From contig FLMG01000941.1 of assembly GCA_900088475.1 (NCBI GenBank), positions 397,741-461,740 on the forward strand: 64,000 nucleotides of DNA. Reading direction: 5' to 3'. A program made the translations under genes and the position numbers. The stretch is from Hyphochytrium catenoides. Lineage: Eukaryota; Protista; Hyphochytriomycota. A model generated the notes under the pieces. That model worked only from the letters and a program-made list of their open reading frames with translations, was not told where the DNA came from and did not search any database. Shown piece by piece: positions 24,501-39,100 of the stretch (the stretch's first letter is position 1; each line of letters begins with the position of its first letter).

Positions 24501-25335
24501 GAGGAGAAAAGCTCAAGCTGAACATCTTCTTTGGAGGGCCCTGAGCTACGGCCTCCTCCTTCTGCCTGCGCGGTGGCGAGAACTGCATGATGAACATTTT
24601 CTTGTCTGCTTCTTTATCGCCTTCTCTGTCTTTAGCAGCTTCTTGCTGGGCCTTGAAGGCTTCGGATGGCCTGAAGTTTACTCTCGCTCTCACTTCTGAA
24701 GGCGCATCCGTCCCCGGGCGCTGTTTTTGACAGGCAGAAGTGACAGATGGAGCTCTAGAGACGCGAGAGGCAGGAGGAACAGCCCGAGAAGTAGATCCGA
24801 GACTGCCCTTCGGAACTCTTCCTGCAGCTTTTTTGGCCTTGAACGCCTGCAGCTTTGCCTCTCTGCTAGCTTGATCTGCTGCTTCTCGTCCTGATCCGAC
24901 CGCTACAGCTGAAGTTTGCATGGCCTGAGATGGAACAGAGAAACTCTTCTTGATCTCTCCCTGTCTTGGAGCATGGCCAGGACCAGGTCTGCTCACGGTA
25001 AAGGAGTTTTCTGATTCTTTTGGGACATTCTCTTTCTCCTTTATGGAGTCCAGGACTCGCTTGCTGCCGTTGCTCGTAAGAGAGTGACGGCTTTCCATGC
25101 TCTGCAGCATTCCTTCAGCTTTCTGCACAAAGCTTTGTACGGATTGCGGAGCTTCAAAGTTTGGACCGTCCTCCATTCTAGGAGGCTTCTCGGGGCCTAT
25201 CGCAGCCTGCTGCTCGCTCTCCTGCTGGTTACCGAACCAGCTGCTGAAGAGCCCCAAGACATTACCTTTGCCTGGGGCATAGAATGAAGGCCGCACTGGC
25301 TGGCCAGTACCGTGGCTGTCAAGACTCTCGCTCAT
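18550..25335 (-). CDS. kinesin-14 (C-terminal motor, Kar3/Ncd/KIFC1-like), multi-exon
   Basis: Basic N-terminal tail and long coiled coil, then neck [16 protein letters not shown] and motor motifs [19 protein letters not shown]|[27 protein letters not shown]|[48 protein letters not shown]. Stop at 18550-18552. Confidence 0.93.
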
Positions 25336-25794
25336 TTTCTTCGGGTTAGGGACTGGAAAGGATGCAGACCAGGAGAGATCGCACGTTGATCATACCCTGG
25401 ACGGAGACGACAGAGAGAAGGAATCCTTGGGCTATTCGGCAAGGGATGATAATGGCCAGCTCTCAGACGTCACAATCTGGAGCTGCTAATCTCAAGATTC
25501 ACCTACGCTGAGCCCTTTCATCTGAGCAGCCAGCCTTCCTTGCCTGGTGCTCTCTTTCTCCCTTCTACTCTACCCTCCCTATGGTGTGTGCCTTGCCCCA
25601 CTCCTGCCCTCTCACTCAGTGTCCTCTCGTTCTTCTCCTCCCGATTGAGCCTGTCTTCTCTTCATCATACAAGAAGTCTCTTCATCGCCAAGCGGCCGGG
25701 TCTGCAGCTCTAGGAAATGAATGAGCGTTCGTCTTTCGTTGCTTTGGCCCAGCGCTGACCAAAGTGAGAGGAAACACTTTATAACTCAAGAGAG

Positions 25795-26040
25795 AGGTGA
25801 GAGTGCGAGAAAGAGAGTTGTAGGAGATATAAGAGAGAGAAAGAGAGTGAAGAAAGAGAGGAAGAGAGTAGGAGACACAGAGAGAGAAAGAGAGAGAGAC
25901 AAAGAGACAGAGAGAGAGAGAGAGACAAAGAGACAGAGAGAGAGAGAGAGNNNNNNNNNNNNNNNNNNNNNNNNNNNNNNNNNNNNNNNNNNNNNNNNNN
26001 NNGAGAGAGAGAGAGAGACAGAGAGAGGGAGGAGAGAGGG
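25795..26040. repeat. (GA)n microsatellite containing an assembly gap (N run ~25951-26001)
   Basis: GA repeat flanking Ns. Confidence 0.95.
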
Positions 26041-26959
26041 CCTTTACCAGACCATCCCAAAGAATTTGAAAAGATTTAGAGCCGTTAACGCACCTTCTTG
26101 TGTTCTGTTTCCGTTAGCGTCAATCGTTACACCTCCAGCAGTGACCATGAACGAACTACATCCAAAGCCTTAAATAAAGAGATTGTACCCTTTGAAGAGA
26201 CCGGGGGTAACAGGTACAACGCACCCATAAATCGTTCCTACACTCTGTACCCTTCTCTTGTTGAAGCTCCATCATGCATCCGTTTCCCGTCTGCACTTCA
26301 CCCACACAACCCTGCATAATACCAGGACCATTAGTTCTATACGCTCTTTCCAAGATCAGCGGCCACAGACGAGCGGAAGGCTACTCTTGGCCTGGCGGTC
26401 AACGGTGCCAATAATGCAAGGTATCATACGTGTGAGGCAGGCTTTTTCTGCTGGGACTTATGACTCGTGTGCTCCATTATTGTGCTTTGATGGTAGAGGC
26501 TTACCATGAAGCAGCCCAAATATTCCATTTATGCGGGGTTGGTGAGCATGCTAAGATTGTCTCGAAGTTTGCAAAAAGCCTCAAGGAAAGGTAGATGGAC
26601 TGGGTGCAAAGGAGACGATATGGGTCAAGAGAATATAGACTAGAAGCTCTAGTGAGAAAGCAAGATTTGATGAAACAAGGGAGGCATGCCCGCTGAAGCA
26701 TGATAATGAATGCTGCAGAGTTGTGAACCAAAGAGATGCCACACGAGCGAGCGAGCCCAGCTAGGGTCTCGATATAAAGAAGAGCACTTCTTCCTTTATT
26801 ACAGCAGGAGAAGGAACCCCAGACTGCCCAACCTGACGCCATCGCTATCATCGAAACGTATAAAGAACCCTAAACACGGATAGGGCCAAAGTGTTTGCCA
26901 CACCTCTACGATTCACGTAGCAGTTGCTATCAGTACTCTAACGTTTGAAGGGCTCATCA

Positions 26960-27008
26960 TTTCGAGCCTACGTATCGCTTCGAGCCTACGTATCGCTTCG
27001 AGCCTACC
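26960..27008. repeat. 18-bp tandem repeat (ttcgagcctacgtatcgc, about 2.6 copies)
   Basis: Seen directly just downstream of the YciI stop codon. Confidence 0.8.
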
Positions 27009-27066
27009 TTCCGCAGGTCCTCTATAATCAAGCAAGCTCTCAGTCTCGCTCCGTGAAGTCCCAGCG

Positions 27067-27833
27067 CTACGAAGATCCTCCAATTACGACGGCCCACTCC
27101 CTAACCCTCCAATCGCGCACCAATCCATTCTTCACATATGGGTCGGCCTGATCGGCATCACCAAGTCGTCCCACAATCAAGAAGTAGGATAGTTCGCATT
27201 AGGACACTAATATGAAAGAAGGCAAGATGAAGAACAGTGGGGAACGGGAGACTCATGGGTTGTACAAAACTAGGAGCGTGCGAAGCAAAGTAGCTGAGGT
27301 CAGGGAGCCATACATCAGTAGGGATATTGGAATAACAGCGATGTACACACAGTTGTCGATTGAAGTAGCGCTCGGATTCCTGCCTACCTTTGCAAAGGCC
27401 TCCACTGACTCTTTATCTGCAGTTCTAAATATTAGGAGTGCGGCGTCTGTTGGATCCATAAAGGCACCACCCAGTAGGAGGTCTCCTCGTTTTAGGTAGT
27501 CATTAGCATGAGAAAGATGAGCGGGCCTGAATGGCCCTCGCTTGTCCAGAATCCCCTCTACATAGTCATACTGAGAAGCAAAGAGAGCAGATGGTTAGGA
27601 TAGAAAGACTGAAGGCGTTGACTAAAAGCTCCTGAGAGCGGGATAACCTGAAGAGCCCAGTACTTCCGTTTGTGGCCATCATCCGCTGTACTACCAAGTC
27701 GCCTTGTTTGCGTGAAGTGACTAAGTCCTTGCCTCACAGTCCGAGAAAGATCCTGAGTCGAAGCGTCTATTGGTGGTGCTGTCCGGCACAAAGTTCTACC
27801 AAGTGCCGATGTCCGATTAGCTAGTGATGCCAT
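27067..27833 (-). CDS. YciI-family protein with putative mitochondrial presequence (3 exons; not resolved in ORF track)
   Basis: Spliced: MASLANRTSALGRTLCR...KRKYWALQ|YDYVEGILDKRGPFRPAHLSHANDYLKRGDLLLGGAFMDPTDAALLIFRTADKESVEAFAK|ADPYVKNGLVRDWRVREWAVVIGGSS*. RxxxRxxHL and DPY motifs of YciI are present. Confidence 0.88.
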
Positions 27834-28538
27834 CTCATCCAGTACGTCCGGTCCGATCACATCTAATGTCTCTTCATGTGCTAGGTCCTTTATGTTTTGA
27901 CGTTGAGACGGCTACATTCGACTGCTCGAAGAGGCTAAGACAACATGGACCGTTCTGCACTCAGCTTGCTTGGGTTGTGCTGCTTCTGAAGATCAGAAAC
28001 ACAAGCTGGTTGCAACATGATTTTCGAGTCATAACCGAGTAAATGTATCTGTGGACGATGGTTTCAACTGCCGTATGGACCCACATTTACCCGGGCTCTG
28101 ACTCGGGTTAATGACCTCCAAGTAAAGATTGGCAAAAGATCTCACACATACAGCCTCTTGATGGAAGAGACAGGTGGCAGCTCGCTTGAGGATAGCGGTG
28201 TGCCCTTCTGACTATTCCTAGTAGGACCTGTGGTACTATTCCACTGCCTGCCTCTCATGCTCACAAGCGGAATTCCAGAGTAAGCTTTCTTTTGTTGCTA
28301 GGTAGCAGAAGTGTAGACTGGGTTGATTAGTTCTATAGGTTTACCTATGGCTTGGAAGATAACGATTGTCTGCCTTCGAAAGAGTCAAAGGGAAAACCTA
28401 GGAACTAAAAGGAGTGTAGCTTAACTTTCCTATGAGTTCGACAAGTTTATCACACAGGCGCAGGCGGGAGGGTCACACATCAGAGTGTTTGATAGATAAT
28501 AGTGATTAACCTTCTATTGTAGGATTTTGTACAAAAAT

Positions 28539-29138
<600 letters not shown>

Positions 29139-30021
29139 TCACACCACGATGGGTTGGCCTTCATTTACTGATAGAATAGACTGGCGCATCATATGTCAAC
29201 CGTCTAAAGGTCTGAAACGCGGCATATGAAATTGTGAGGGATACCTCCGTTCGAGGTGTGTGACACGTCCAACGCGTTCTAATTTAATGTTAGGTGATCT
29301 GCTAATACAACCCTAGGGAAAGCACACCTTTTGATGGTCGATGAGGCTCGGGTAGCATTTGAATTAGCAAGATAGCCGTTAGCGGCTGGATGCGGGAGGT
29401 TCAAGCGGTAGGGGCCGTTACATGCGACACTTGGCTGGGAATTGGACTCGTGCTGCTTCTGCAGACGGGAAGGGCTTAGAGACAGAGGGAACAGAGCATC
29501 ATAGTGCAGAGATAAACAGGACCGAAGGCAGTGCGAACAGAGAGAGAGAGAGACAAAGGGCAAGGATAGAGAGAGAGAGGCAGCAGCGAACAGATGAGAG
29601 GGCACACTCTCTCTGCAGACGTCTTCATACTCCCTAGAACTATTACAGGTACGGAGCCACATAGAAAAGTCTGGAAGCTCGCATACGAGAGTAATAATAG
29701 ATCGGACGAGGAGAGGGAACTAAAGGCCCATTTCAGTCTAGGAGTCATTAGCCGAGGCACCGGCTCTCTTTTTAGCGGTTCAACAAGAGTATCGCCTTGA
29801 AGACTCACCTTCCTTACATTTCTTGCTCTCCTCGCTTGCCCATCACACTCCTCCTCCACCGATAGATCGATTGACGCCAGAACAGATCGAACCTTCTATG
29901 CATATTGGTAAACGATTGAGATCCCTGGTGCACCACTTACATATGACCTAAGATTAGCGGTCCATGAAGGGCCGGCGAAAATAAAGAGCCGATATATAAG
30001 ATGTGTGCCTTGAATAGACTA

Positions 30022-33000
30022 TTATACGCATGCCTGAGGCCCTAAGACCTCTTGCAAATCTTTTCTCTTGGCTACGGCGGCCACCACGGGCTCGTACTCC
30101 TGCCATAATTCTGAGTATAAATCTGCCAGCTTCACCTTCACTGCGTCCTTCGATAGCCCCTCAAACTCCTCCTTAGACCTTTTGAGCAGGCGCCGTTTGA
30201 CCTTTGACTGAAAGTTAGGGTCCAACAGAAGTAAAAGTTAAGTAGAGAGAGAACGAGAAGTGAGGGACAGAGAAAGCTAGACATCGAGTGGAGAACTCCA
30301 GAGGTAAAAGAGAAAAGCCAACAGGGAAAAGGTATAGTCGCTGCTTGAGGAGGGCCCAAATTCTACAACCAGCCTCTACCCGCCGCTAACCTTTAGTCTA
30401 AAGTCCGTCTGCATCTTTTCTTGGCCCTTGAAGACCACAGCGAGGGCCCTCATTAGCTCCAGAGTCCTTTGTCCTTGTGATTTTGTTATCTTCAATCTCT
30501 GCGTCCAGTTGTTAAGAAGATAAAGCAAAGAGAATTAGTGAGATGTAATAGGAAGGAGATCGTCCGCAACGCTCAAAGTCATCTTACTTTGTGCAGTTCC
30601 TCCGCCCTTTCTGAGGACAGGTCGAACTCCTCGTGTCCTAGCTGGTGCAAAAAGCTAAGGTCTTGAAGGGCCATTGCCCGCTGGAGGTCTGTTAAGTCTC
30701 GGAGCTGAAGGGCCATTTAGCAGAAGGTGGGATGGCGGGGAGTGAGAGTCCAGTAGGGAAAAAAGACGAAAAGAGAGACAAAAGCCCAGGTGGAATAGGC
30801 GGAGAGGAAGTTATTTTTCCAAAGCTATATCTCCGAGCCTACCCTCACGAAGCCTGGGCACGGGTCCTCAACCGTCACCTCGTACACCAGCTGCCGCTTG
30901 AGAGCATCTTCATACACTGCTTGTAAGAGCTCTCCGCCGTGCCCTGTTCGTACGCAGAGAGAGTGACGGCGGTAAGAGGATGGAAGGACAAAAGGGGAGC
31001 GTTGGAAGAAATGGAAACCACCAGTGAGAAGTGTCACTTGTTAGCGAGGCCCAAAGCAAGTCTATCAACAGACTCAGAACAAGCTTTAGACCTTTGGAAC
31101 AAATTGGAGACAGTGCAAGCGGATGATAGGAGGAAGTAAATGCAAGAGCTGTGTGGGAGTGAGAAGTAATAAGTGATCTACGCAGTCAGGCCTTCTCTCC
31201 TTGGTAATCAGCTCAACCTCGTTCTCCTCTTGCTCGATGCCTTCCTTACCTTGTCTCTGGAACGGGGGAAGCACCAGCGCCTGACAGATCCTCATGCTCT
31301 CTGATTGTACGGCAGGCTGGCCGTTCCTATAGGGAGTAGAGAAGGTAAAGACCGTCACATAGCCTGCGATACAGAAGGAAGGAGGCTCCCCTTCCTTGTA
31401 TCTATCTGTCTCAGCAGAGCTTCTCTCGAGCTCGTCCTTGCAACCACTTCTCTTTCCATCCTTTGCGTCCTTGCAGGCCCCTGGTTCAGCGGTGGGTTCG
31501 GACTGGAGGAGAGTGGGGCCACAAGCGTATAAATAGTAGACCTCCCATCTCGGATCTTGCAGATCGATGGGATCGGCGCCTTGCCAAGGAATAGAGCAAC
31601 TAGGGTTAAGGAAAGCGATTCGCCTAGATTAGAGGAGGCAACCAGCCAGATATCTGACAAGAGAACTTCAGCGATAGAGTGTCAAGAATGACTACTTAAC
31701 AGGCGAAAGTGACAGCGAATGCAAAGAAGAAAGGTTGCAAGCTCATGCTACTGAGAAAATGGCAAGATTGAAGCAAGAGAAAGACATAGTAGAGCTGAAC
31801 GTCGAAAAAGACAGACATGTAGGTGAAACGTGACTCAGTAATAGAAGAGTCACTTTGCTATCTACCTTCAATAAACCAGTAAGAGAGAGTTTGCAGTCGC
31901 TCATGGATGGGCAGTGTAGAAGAATCAGAGACCTTGCTTCGATATATCTGGAAGGAGAGAGAAGAGGATGGCGAAGGAAGGAAGCTGGTCGGAGATCCGG
32001 ACCTCTGGCTGCCGGGAGCCTCCCTGCAGTACGACTTAACTAGAGTTCCCACCGGGCGCCGGATATGAATTGACTCGTTCACTTCTTCCTCACTTTCTTT
32101 CGTTTCTAATGGCTCTAATCGAGGCTCCGAACCCTTTATGAACTTGGCGTCAGAAGGCAGAGCACTTTTAAGCGCTTCTTCTAGATCGGGAGGAGAACGC
32201 CTAGACAGGTGACAGGCCAGAGAACACAAAAATAAGACTTTAAGTTGCCTCACTCTGCAGTTGCAAGAAAGACCAGTAAGGGGGCTATAGACAAGCGATT
32301 CATAACCACAAAAGGCGTTACAGAAGAGAGAACTCGGAACGAAGCAACCGACAGAACATCGAGCCAAAGCAGGAAAGAGGCAATGCTGCTATTCATTCAC
32401 AGGCCTCGTCCACTCACTCAGCCGCTGCCTCTTTACTGCCGCTATAGCTGATGGAATAGGCGCAAGAGCCGTCCAGCCCGTCCACGAACAAGTTGATTTT
32501 CGGGTTGATGTAGCCACGTATCTGCTGCTCAGTACCGAAAAATTGGTAGGAGAGGTCAGGGTGGAAGGAGAAACGGGTCCATCGGCCTCCAGGATGAGGA
32601 GCGCCGCCCACGTCTTTTCATTCAATTCATTGTCGCCCAAAAGGGTTAATAACGGACCATTAGCGAGCAGCACGGAGAGAAGTGAGCGATAGCTTCTGAG
32701 AACGAGAAGCAGGAAGACCTTAAGAAGCTGGGTGGCAACTCAGACAGAGAGGCATAGGGGGGACAACTGCCAGACTCGGGCAAGACCGACGGAAACAAGA
32801 CACTGGGATGTCTGACAATGCTGTTTACGTGCAAGGACAGATATGAGCTAAACCTTTAGCTAGCGAGAAACTCAAAGATATTGACTTTGGGGTTGCAGAC
32901 GGAGTATCTTAGCAACTTTTAGACCTGACCAGATATATAGACAAGACAGTAGAGTCTATCGATCATAGCTGGACTTACTCAAATGAATAGTGATGGCATC

Positions 33001-33126
33001 ATTGGAGCTGGTCACCCATTCGTCTTCTTCCTCAGTTACTCCTTCAGTCTTTTGTGGGTAAGCTGTCAATAGGGTGTCATTCCCCTGTCCAGGGTCTAAC
33101 TTCGCTCTCTTCCAGTCCTGTTGCAT
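30022..33126 (-). CDS. HAT1: histone acetyltransferase type B catalytic subunit, multi-exon (3' end approximate)
   Basis: EWVTSSNDAITIHL; FHPDLSYQFFGTEQQIRGYINPKINL; HERLQTLSYWFIE|GADPID..DPRWEVY; RICQALVLPPFQRQG|HGGELLQAVY; EVTVEDPCPGFVR. Confidence 0.9.
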
Positions 33127-33920
33127 ACTTCCTCAGACTCGACAGCACTAGCTGGGGGATCGGCTATGGTTCCTCTTTCACTCTTCGGAGCTTTATCTCC
33201 TCACGCCTTGAGACTTAGTCTCCCTCTGCAAGGTGGGGTGGCCTTTCACATCCCTCTATAGGCTGCCCCGCAGGCGAAGCAGGTGAAGCAGCAGGTCTCT
33301 AAGACCAAGAGCGAGCACCAGCTAAACAACAACTATCTAGGAAAGGAGAGAGTGATCGCCGTGTGCTCGCCGCTGTTTGCACTAACTTTCTGAGCTTCGG
33401 AATGCATGCTTCCCGCGAGATTTGCCCGTCATCCTTAATCTATCCATATCTTGTCGAGGATAGAGTTTACTCTAAGCGTTAATATCCGTAATCACGACAA
33501 GCATAGTTAGTTTTTGTCAAGCAAGACAGAGTATCTAAGAGATGAGGGTGGAAGGAAGAGATCCTTACAATAGCTTAAGCTTGCTAGGGTAATAGAACAA
33601 GACAGAGTGGCCAGGGCTGAAACAGAGCGGAGATAGAAATGGAGGTGGAAGAGAAGCTTCTTCTCAGCTTCTGTGCAACACAAACTGCCCTGCTCTTCTT
33701 GGTCTTCAGAAGTCTCCGTCAACAGATAATGTGTATGAAGCTACAGCTTCTTGCGCCACCGGCTCTCAAGATCATTAGGACCTGGTGCCGTTGATGCTCA
33801 ACCTTGTTAGGCGCATTAGTCTATCTGCTGTCTGCGTGTGGCGGCTGGGGCTTATCTGAGTTTAGAGGATAGAGCAGCGGGAAGTGGCAGAAGGCCTAGA
33901 GATAGGGGAAGAGAGCAGGG

Positions 33921-35826
33921 ATGTCCACTCCGGAGGTGATCTTGTGCGATGACAGTCTGCACCCAGCGGCACTGGGCTCCCTTGTTTCTCTTGGAACCTT
34001 TGATGAATTAGCGCATCATCCTGCAGCTATCGATGTCGACCCCGAAAGACAGCTTCAGGAGGCGCTAGAATCCAAGACCCAAGGAAATAGGTATGATTGG
34101 CTTCATCACTTGCAAAGCCTCCTGTGTCTTTTATTCAAAGTATAGGCTCTGTCGGTTGGCGTGCCTGGTCTTTCTTCCTTCCCCTCGCCAGCTGAGCATT
34201 TGGCCTCTTGACAGTCTATTCGCGAAAGGAGAGTACCGAGAAGCGTTCGGAATGTACTCTTTGGCGCTGAAGGTGTGCCCAGCAGACTCGAAGTATGCCA
34301 ATGACAGAGTACGTGGCTCCTTCATCTGCGTATCTATCTTTGCTCTCCTGTGGACTTCTATATCACTATAGTTCCTGACTATCAGCCTTCGCCCTTGCTC
34401 TCCCCGCTCTCTCGTTCTCTGTCTTCTCTCGCATTATGACTCTATTGCTGCCCTTTCCCTCTATCTGTTCCTGTTATGTGATGCTTTCAACTCTCAGGAA
34501 TCTTGTCTAACCTTTGAGCTTTCTCTTCTTTCCATGGGGCCTATGGAAGGCTGTATTTCACTGCAATCGAGCGGCATGCTCGCTGCATCTGGTAAGGCGG
34601 AAGTTGGAAACCTCGCTGTGTACTGCTCCTAATTTCTTCATGGCCCTCATCAGATCGATGTCTCTCTTTCCAGCGTAGATCCTGCTGCTTGTCGGGGCAA
34701 CGTGTCTTGCTATCGCTCCAACCCCCTCTTTCTTGTCCTTCCTCGTCCTGTGTTTGCCACAGTTCTTCCGCTATTGATCCTCCTCGTAGTACGTTGACTC
34801 TCCTCCCCATGCTATATAAACTGTCCTAACCTAAAGGGTGAACCAGGGCGACCTTGAGGACGCAAGGGACGATTGTGATGCTGCTATTGAGCTGAACCCT
34901 AAATACCTAAAGGTAATGATGCTTTTTGCGCTTCTGTGCCTCGTCCCATCCGCTTCCGATACCTCAAAAGGAGATGAGTTCAAGGAGACCAGGGAGTTTA
35001 GTTATGTCATCTTATGCTGGATAATTGTTTGGTCGTGGTCTCTGAACTTGGCTTTGAGTTCTGTGTTCCGCTGTCTCGTAGGCACTCCGGTCCCTATCTT
35101 CAAGATTTGCTCTTCTCGTTTTCTCTTCATGTCGTCTTTGTGGCTTAGCTTTGGAGCTTCCCTCGACTTAAGTTTCTTCCTCGACATTGCCCAGGCACTT
35201 CTTCGGAGAGCGCAGCTTAATGAGAAATTAGATAACCTGGACGATGCGCTTAGAGATTTGAATTCTTCGTTGGAGATCGATCCTTCGCTACACAGCGCCA
35301 GAAGAGATGCGCATAGACTGGATAGCATTATTAAAGAGAGGAATGAGAAGCTGAAGGCCGAGATGTTAGGTAAGAAGCGTCAAGCGGCGGACTATGCACA
35401 TTTTTTTCTATCCTGGAGTCCACGGTGACTCTCACCGTCCCTCCAAAAATTACGGTGCCCACATCGTCAGCTGTGAACTCCAAAGCAGCAAAGTTATGGC
35501 AGCCCTGTCAAGCTCGCTGAGTCTTCACAAGCTTTCTGACTTTTTCTGATCGCTTTCCCTACCACGAAGCGCGCCTATATCTCCCTTTCCTTGGGCGCTT
35601 TTAGTCACCTACTTCTTGGTCTTGTCTTCTTGTTCCTCGCCAACAGTCTAAGTATGTCTCTGTCAATTGGGTTGTCTTGGTGGTTCATGTTGCAGGAAAA
35701 CTCAAAGATTTAGGGAACACAATCTTAGGAAAGTTTGGCATGAGCACTGACAACTTCAAGATGGTGCAGGACCCTGGGTCAGGGTCATATAACATTCAGT
35801 TTGTACAGAACCCGAAGGGCGCGTAA
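33921..35826 (+). CDS. TTC1: tetratricopeptide repeat protein 1-like, multi-exon
   Basis: KTQGN|LFAKGEYREA...; AVFHCNRAAC; DCDAAIELNPKYLK|ALLRRA; C-terminal EKLKAEMLG|KLKDLGNTILGKFGMSTDNFKMVQDPGSGSYNIQF typical of TTC1. Confidence 0.9.
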
Positions 35827-36182
35827 AGAAGATTGTAATAAAGAGAAAGAAATTGAGATGAGAAGGAGAGCTTGCGAAAGGGCCAATGGGCGGGAAAGAA
35901 TATAGAAGCGGATGCAAGGATTGCGTGATAGCGAACGAGGATAAGAGAGGCGGAGCTGTTCCGCCAGAGGAGGAGATTGAGTATAAGGATGAGGGCTCCG
36001 AACGAAACGTTAACTAGCAGCTCAACGGGAACAGTCCAACTTGTGTTAGGATATGGTACAGCGAGAAGGTGATCCAAGTAAGAAGGAACTATGACAATGT
36101 ACTCTCTCGGTCTAGTGAACGGCTAGAGGACAAAAGAAAGGTGGAGAGAAGCACCAAAAATGCGAGGTAGAGTGGTTACACC

Positions 36183-39100
36183 CTAGGAGTGGCTTGAGCC
36201 TGCGTTTGGCCGCCGAACAGTCCAAAGATGCTCTGAGTCTTTTGAATGGACCTCAGCTTTAGCCACTGGTGCGGTACCTCTTCCTCCCCTGCCTCCTCTT
36301 CCACTGCGAGCTGAAGGTTGATCATAACTCCCAGGTCCGTAGTCCCTTCCTCCCCGGCCCCGTGCGGGCTTCCATTGGTGTCCCCTACCTCTCCTTTCTC
36401 CCATTCTCTGCTGGTGATAGTCAGGTTGCGACTGGACGTATGAGCTCTGTCCATGCGATGCATAAGCTTGTAGGCCGCCCGCCTCTGGGCCTTGGAAGTG
36501 GGCTTGAGCCAGTCCTGTCCCTCGACTCCCATGGTATTCCGTACCGGACTTGGGAAACCCGCTGCCGCCGGTGCGTTCCGCCCATCTTCCGTCACGCTCC
36601 ACCTGCCACTTCCGCGTTCCTTCATATCCGGCCCGAGACTGCAATGCGCCCCCTCGGCGGCCTCTGCCTCTCCCTCTTCCTCGGAAGCCACCACCATAGT
36701 GCTGGCTAGAATGCTTTTCATGCCCTCCATAGCTTACTTGGGGACGATGCTCGCCAGGGGGAGCGCTTTGCCCCATGGGCGTATTTCTTTGGTCTATTCT
36801 CTTCTCGGTTCCCTCTTGCAAATGGTGGTGCTTGTTTCCCAGCTCTAACTTTCCTCTTCCTCCTTTCCTTTCCCTTGGCTCTCCCCAGCCCCCTCCTGGA
36901 CCTAAGGCGTCCTTTTGCTTGCTAGGTTGGATCTCTATTGTGCAGAGGAGTAAGCGAAAGAAGTCAAAAGACCAGCAGTAAAGAATGCAGTGGCTGTGAA
37001 GATGAAGAAAGAGTAGATAACAACCAAGATGCATTGGTTCAGCATGCTTCTCGGGCTGCCAGGCAGTCTGAGGGACAGGACATTAAGGAGAGTAGCCACT
37101 ACTATGACCGAGTAGTACAATATCACTGAAGGAAGATAGCTTGAAGGGGAGGGAAGCTAAACGGCCCTTGAGGAGCTTTGATGGATGTGTTGCACTTGCC
37201 TTCCCCCCACCCGGGGCGTTCCTTCTCCACTCCGACCTGCTCCGACGGCAGAGCGGACCGCGAGCCATGTCCAGCCATAGCTACTAACAGAATGGCCGTA
37301 AGAAGGGCAAACCAAACGAGGGAGAAGGACAGAGTGAGGAGAACAAGGAACCTCGGCTTGATTGAAACAGCGACGATAAGGAAGTGTGCAAACAGTCGCA
37401 GGGCTGTTCCATGGCAGGGCAGAGACGAGGGTGATAGCGGGGCAAGTCATGTGAGAGAATCCTGCTAAGTGTCTCTTACCCGGCTGCTCTGGTGTTGCTC
37501 TTTTTCCGCCCCTTCCTCCGCCTCTTCGACCATCTATCACACAGAGCGTCAGAGTCCGATGTGGAGCCAATGTCTTGTTTGTTGTGTCGTCTCTTACCAT
37601 TCGGCGTCCCTTGATTAAATTTCTCCTTCTTTTTCTTCATCTTTTCTTGTTTCTTCGCTTTCTTCTTCTCAGCAGGGTCCTCGTACTCCTCCAACAGCTC
37701 GTCTAAGCTGCTGCTTCGGCTCAGCACTTCGTAAGCTCTCATAAACTCCTCGGTAAGGCGCTGTGAAATAAATCCTAGTGAGCTAGAAGCGATAGATGAC
37801 CGAGCTTTTAAGGTCTACCCATATCGTTCTGTCGTCTTCACAAGCGAGGCTCCTTTTGACCACTTTTCCCTAATCCATGTCCGTGCGTTCTCTCACCTCC
37901 TGCCCCTTATCAGTCAAAGAGGCCCCTAAGTCATGGCTCGTCTCCATAGGATCTTGAATACTTAGTCGCCACAGCTTTGGCTTTTCCCAAGCCTCAGTCT
38001 TTTTGAGCAGCGCCGTGCTGTTGGTGTTTACGACGTAGTCGAACATATTGAAGACGTGACAGAAGTAATGGAAAAAGCCTAAGAGCAAGTCGGCGCTACA
38101 TCTTTTGTCAGGAAGACTCTGCGCCTGTGATGAGACGTAGTGAGAGAGATACTGGCGGGCTCGAGATACGTCGGAGCAGAACGTGACATCATGCCCACTT
38201 GAATCCTGAAGAGAGAGAGAGAATAACGAGCACCGTGCTGAGCCTTAGTTGTCAGGTGGCATGGGCAGGTCATAAAGGCTTGAGCGCATAGAACAGTTAG
38301 AATCATGTGAGTGGAGTGTCCGAACCGCATTCTACAAAGAGAGAGTGGGAAGACATTGAACAGTTTTAACTCGACATTCCTCTTGCACTTTGCCCACGTG
38401 TGTCCTTACGCCATCTTCAACAAGTATTGGGTCTTGGAGGCACGGAACTACGGGTGGACTGGCTCTTTGGAGGTAGTGAACGACGAGCAGGATGTAGGCA
38501 TAGCTGCTCAGCGTTCCATTGGTAGGATCGTTAATTCTCCTCGCTTTCGCCCAAAGCTTCACCCCCACTCCCACGTCCTGCACTCTTGGGTCCAGCTGAG
38601 AAGACGCGCAGAAATCCAGAGGTCAGGCCAATGATACGAATCGTAAATGTTGGTAGAGCGAGAAGTAGAGAGGTCGTGAAACAAAGGCTGCGGCCCGAGC
38701 AGACGTTTATGCAGTTAGATAGAGCACCGACAACGGTGGGCAAGAGAACGAGGAAGGCACTCTCCCGACCTGCGCATAAGTTCTCAGCAGAGCGGTATTA
38801 TGAAGTCCAAGCGTCCGATTTACGGAGAGATCACAATCCAGCGTCTCAGAGGGGTCGTGGAACTTGACAATCGGTACACGGGCAAAGGGAATTGGGATTA
38901 TCTGTGTCATCCCTAGGCTCTGGAGAGCAAAGGCGGAGCATGTTCCCGAGAAACAAAGGATGAGAAACAAAGACATCAAACCAGGTATGAGATAAGAGAA
39001 GCGAGTCGAGACCTCAATGCAGACGGACAAACGCCAAGAAAAGCAGTGAGAGCTGCTGGAGCTACTTCCGCAACAGGGCAAAAACCGCAGTCCGACAGAG

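Noticed and set aside
26100-26850. Possible small spliced gene on the minus strand
   Set aside because: Splice-like signals exist, but no consistent, recognisable reading frame could be assembled.
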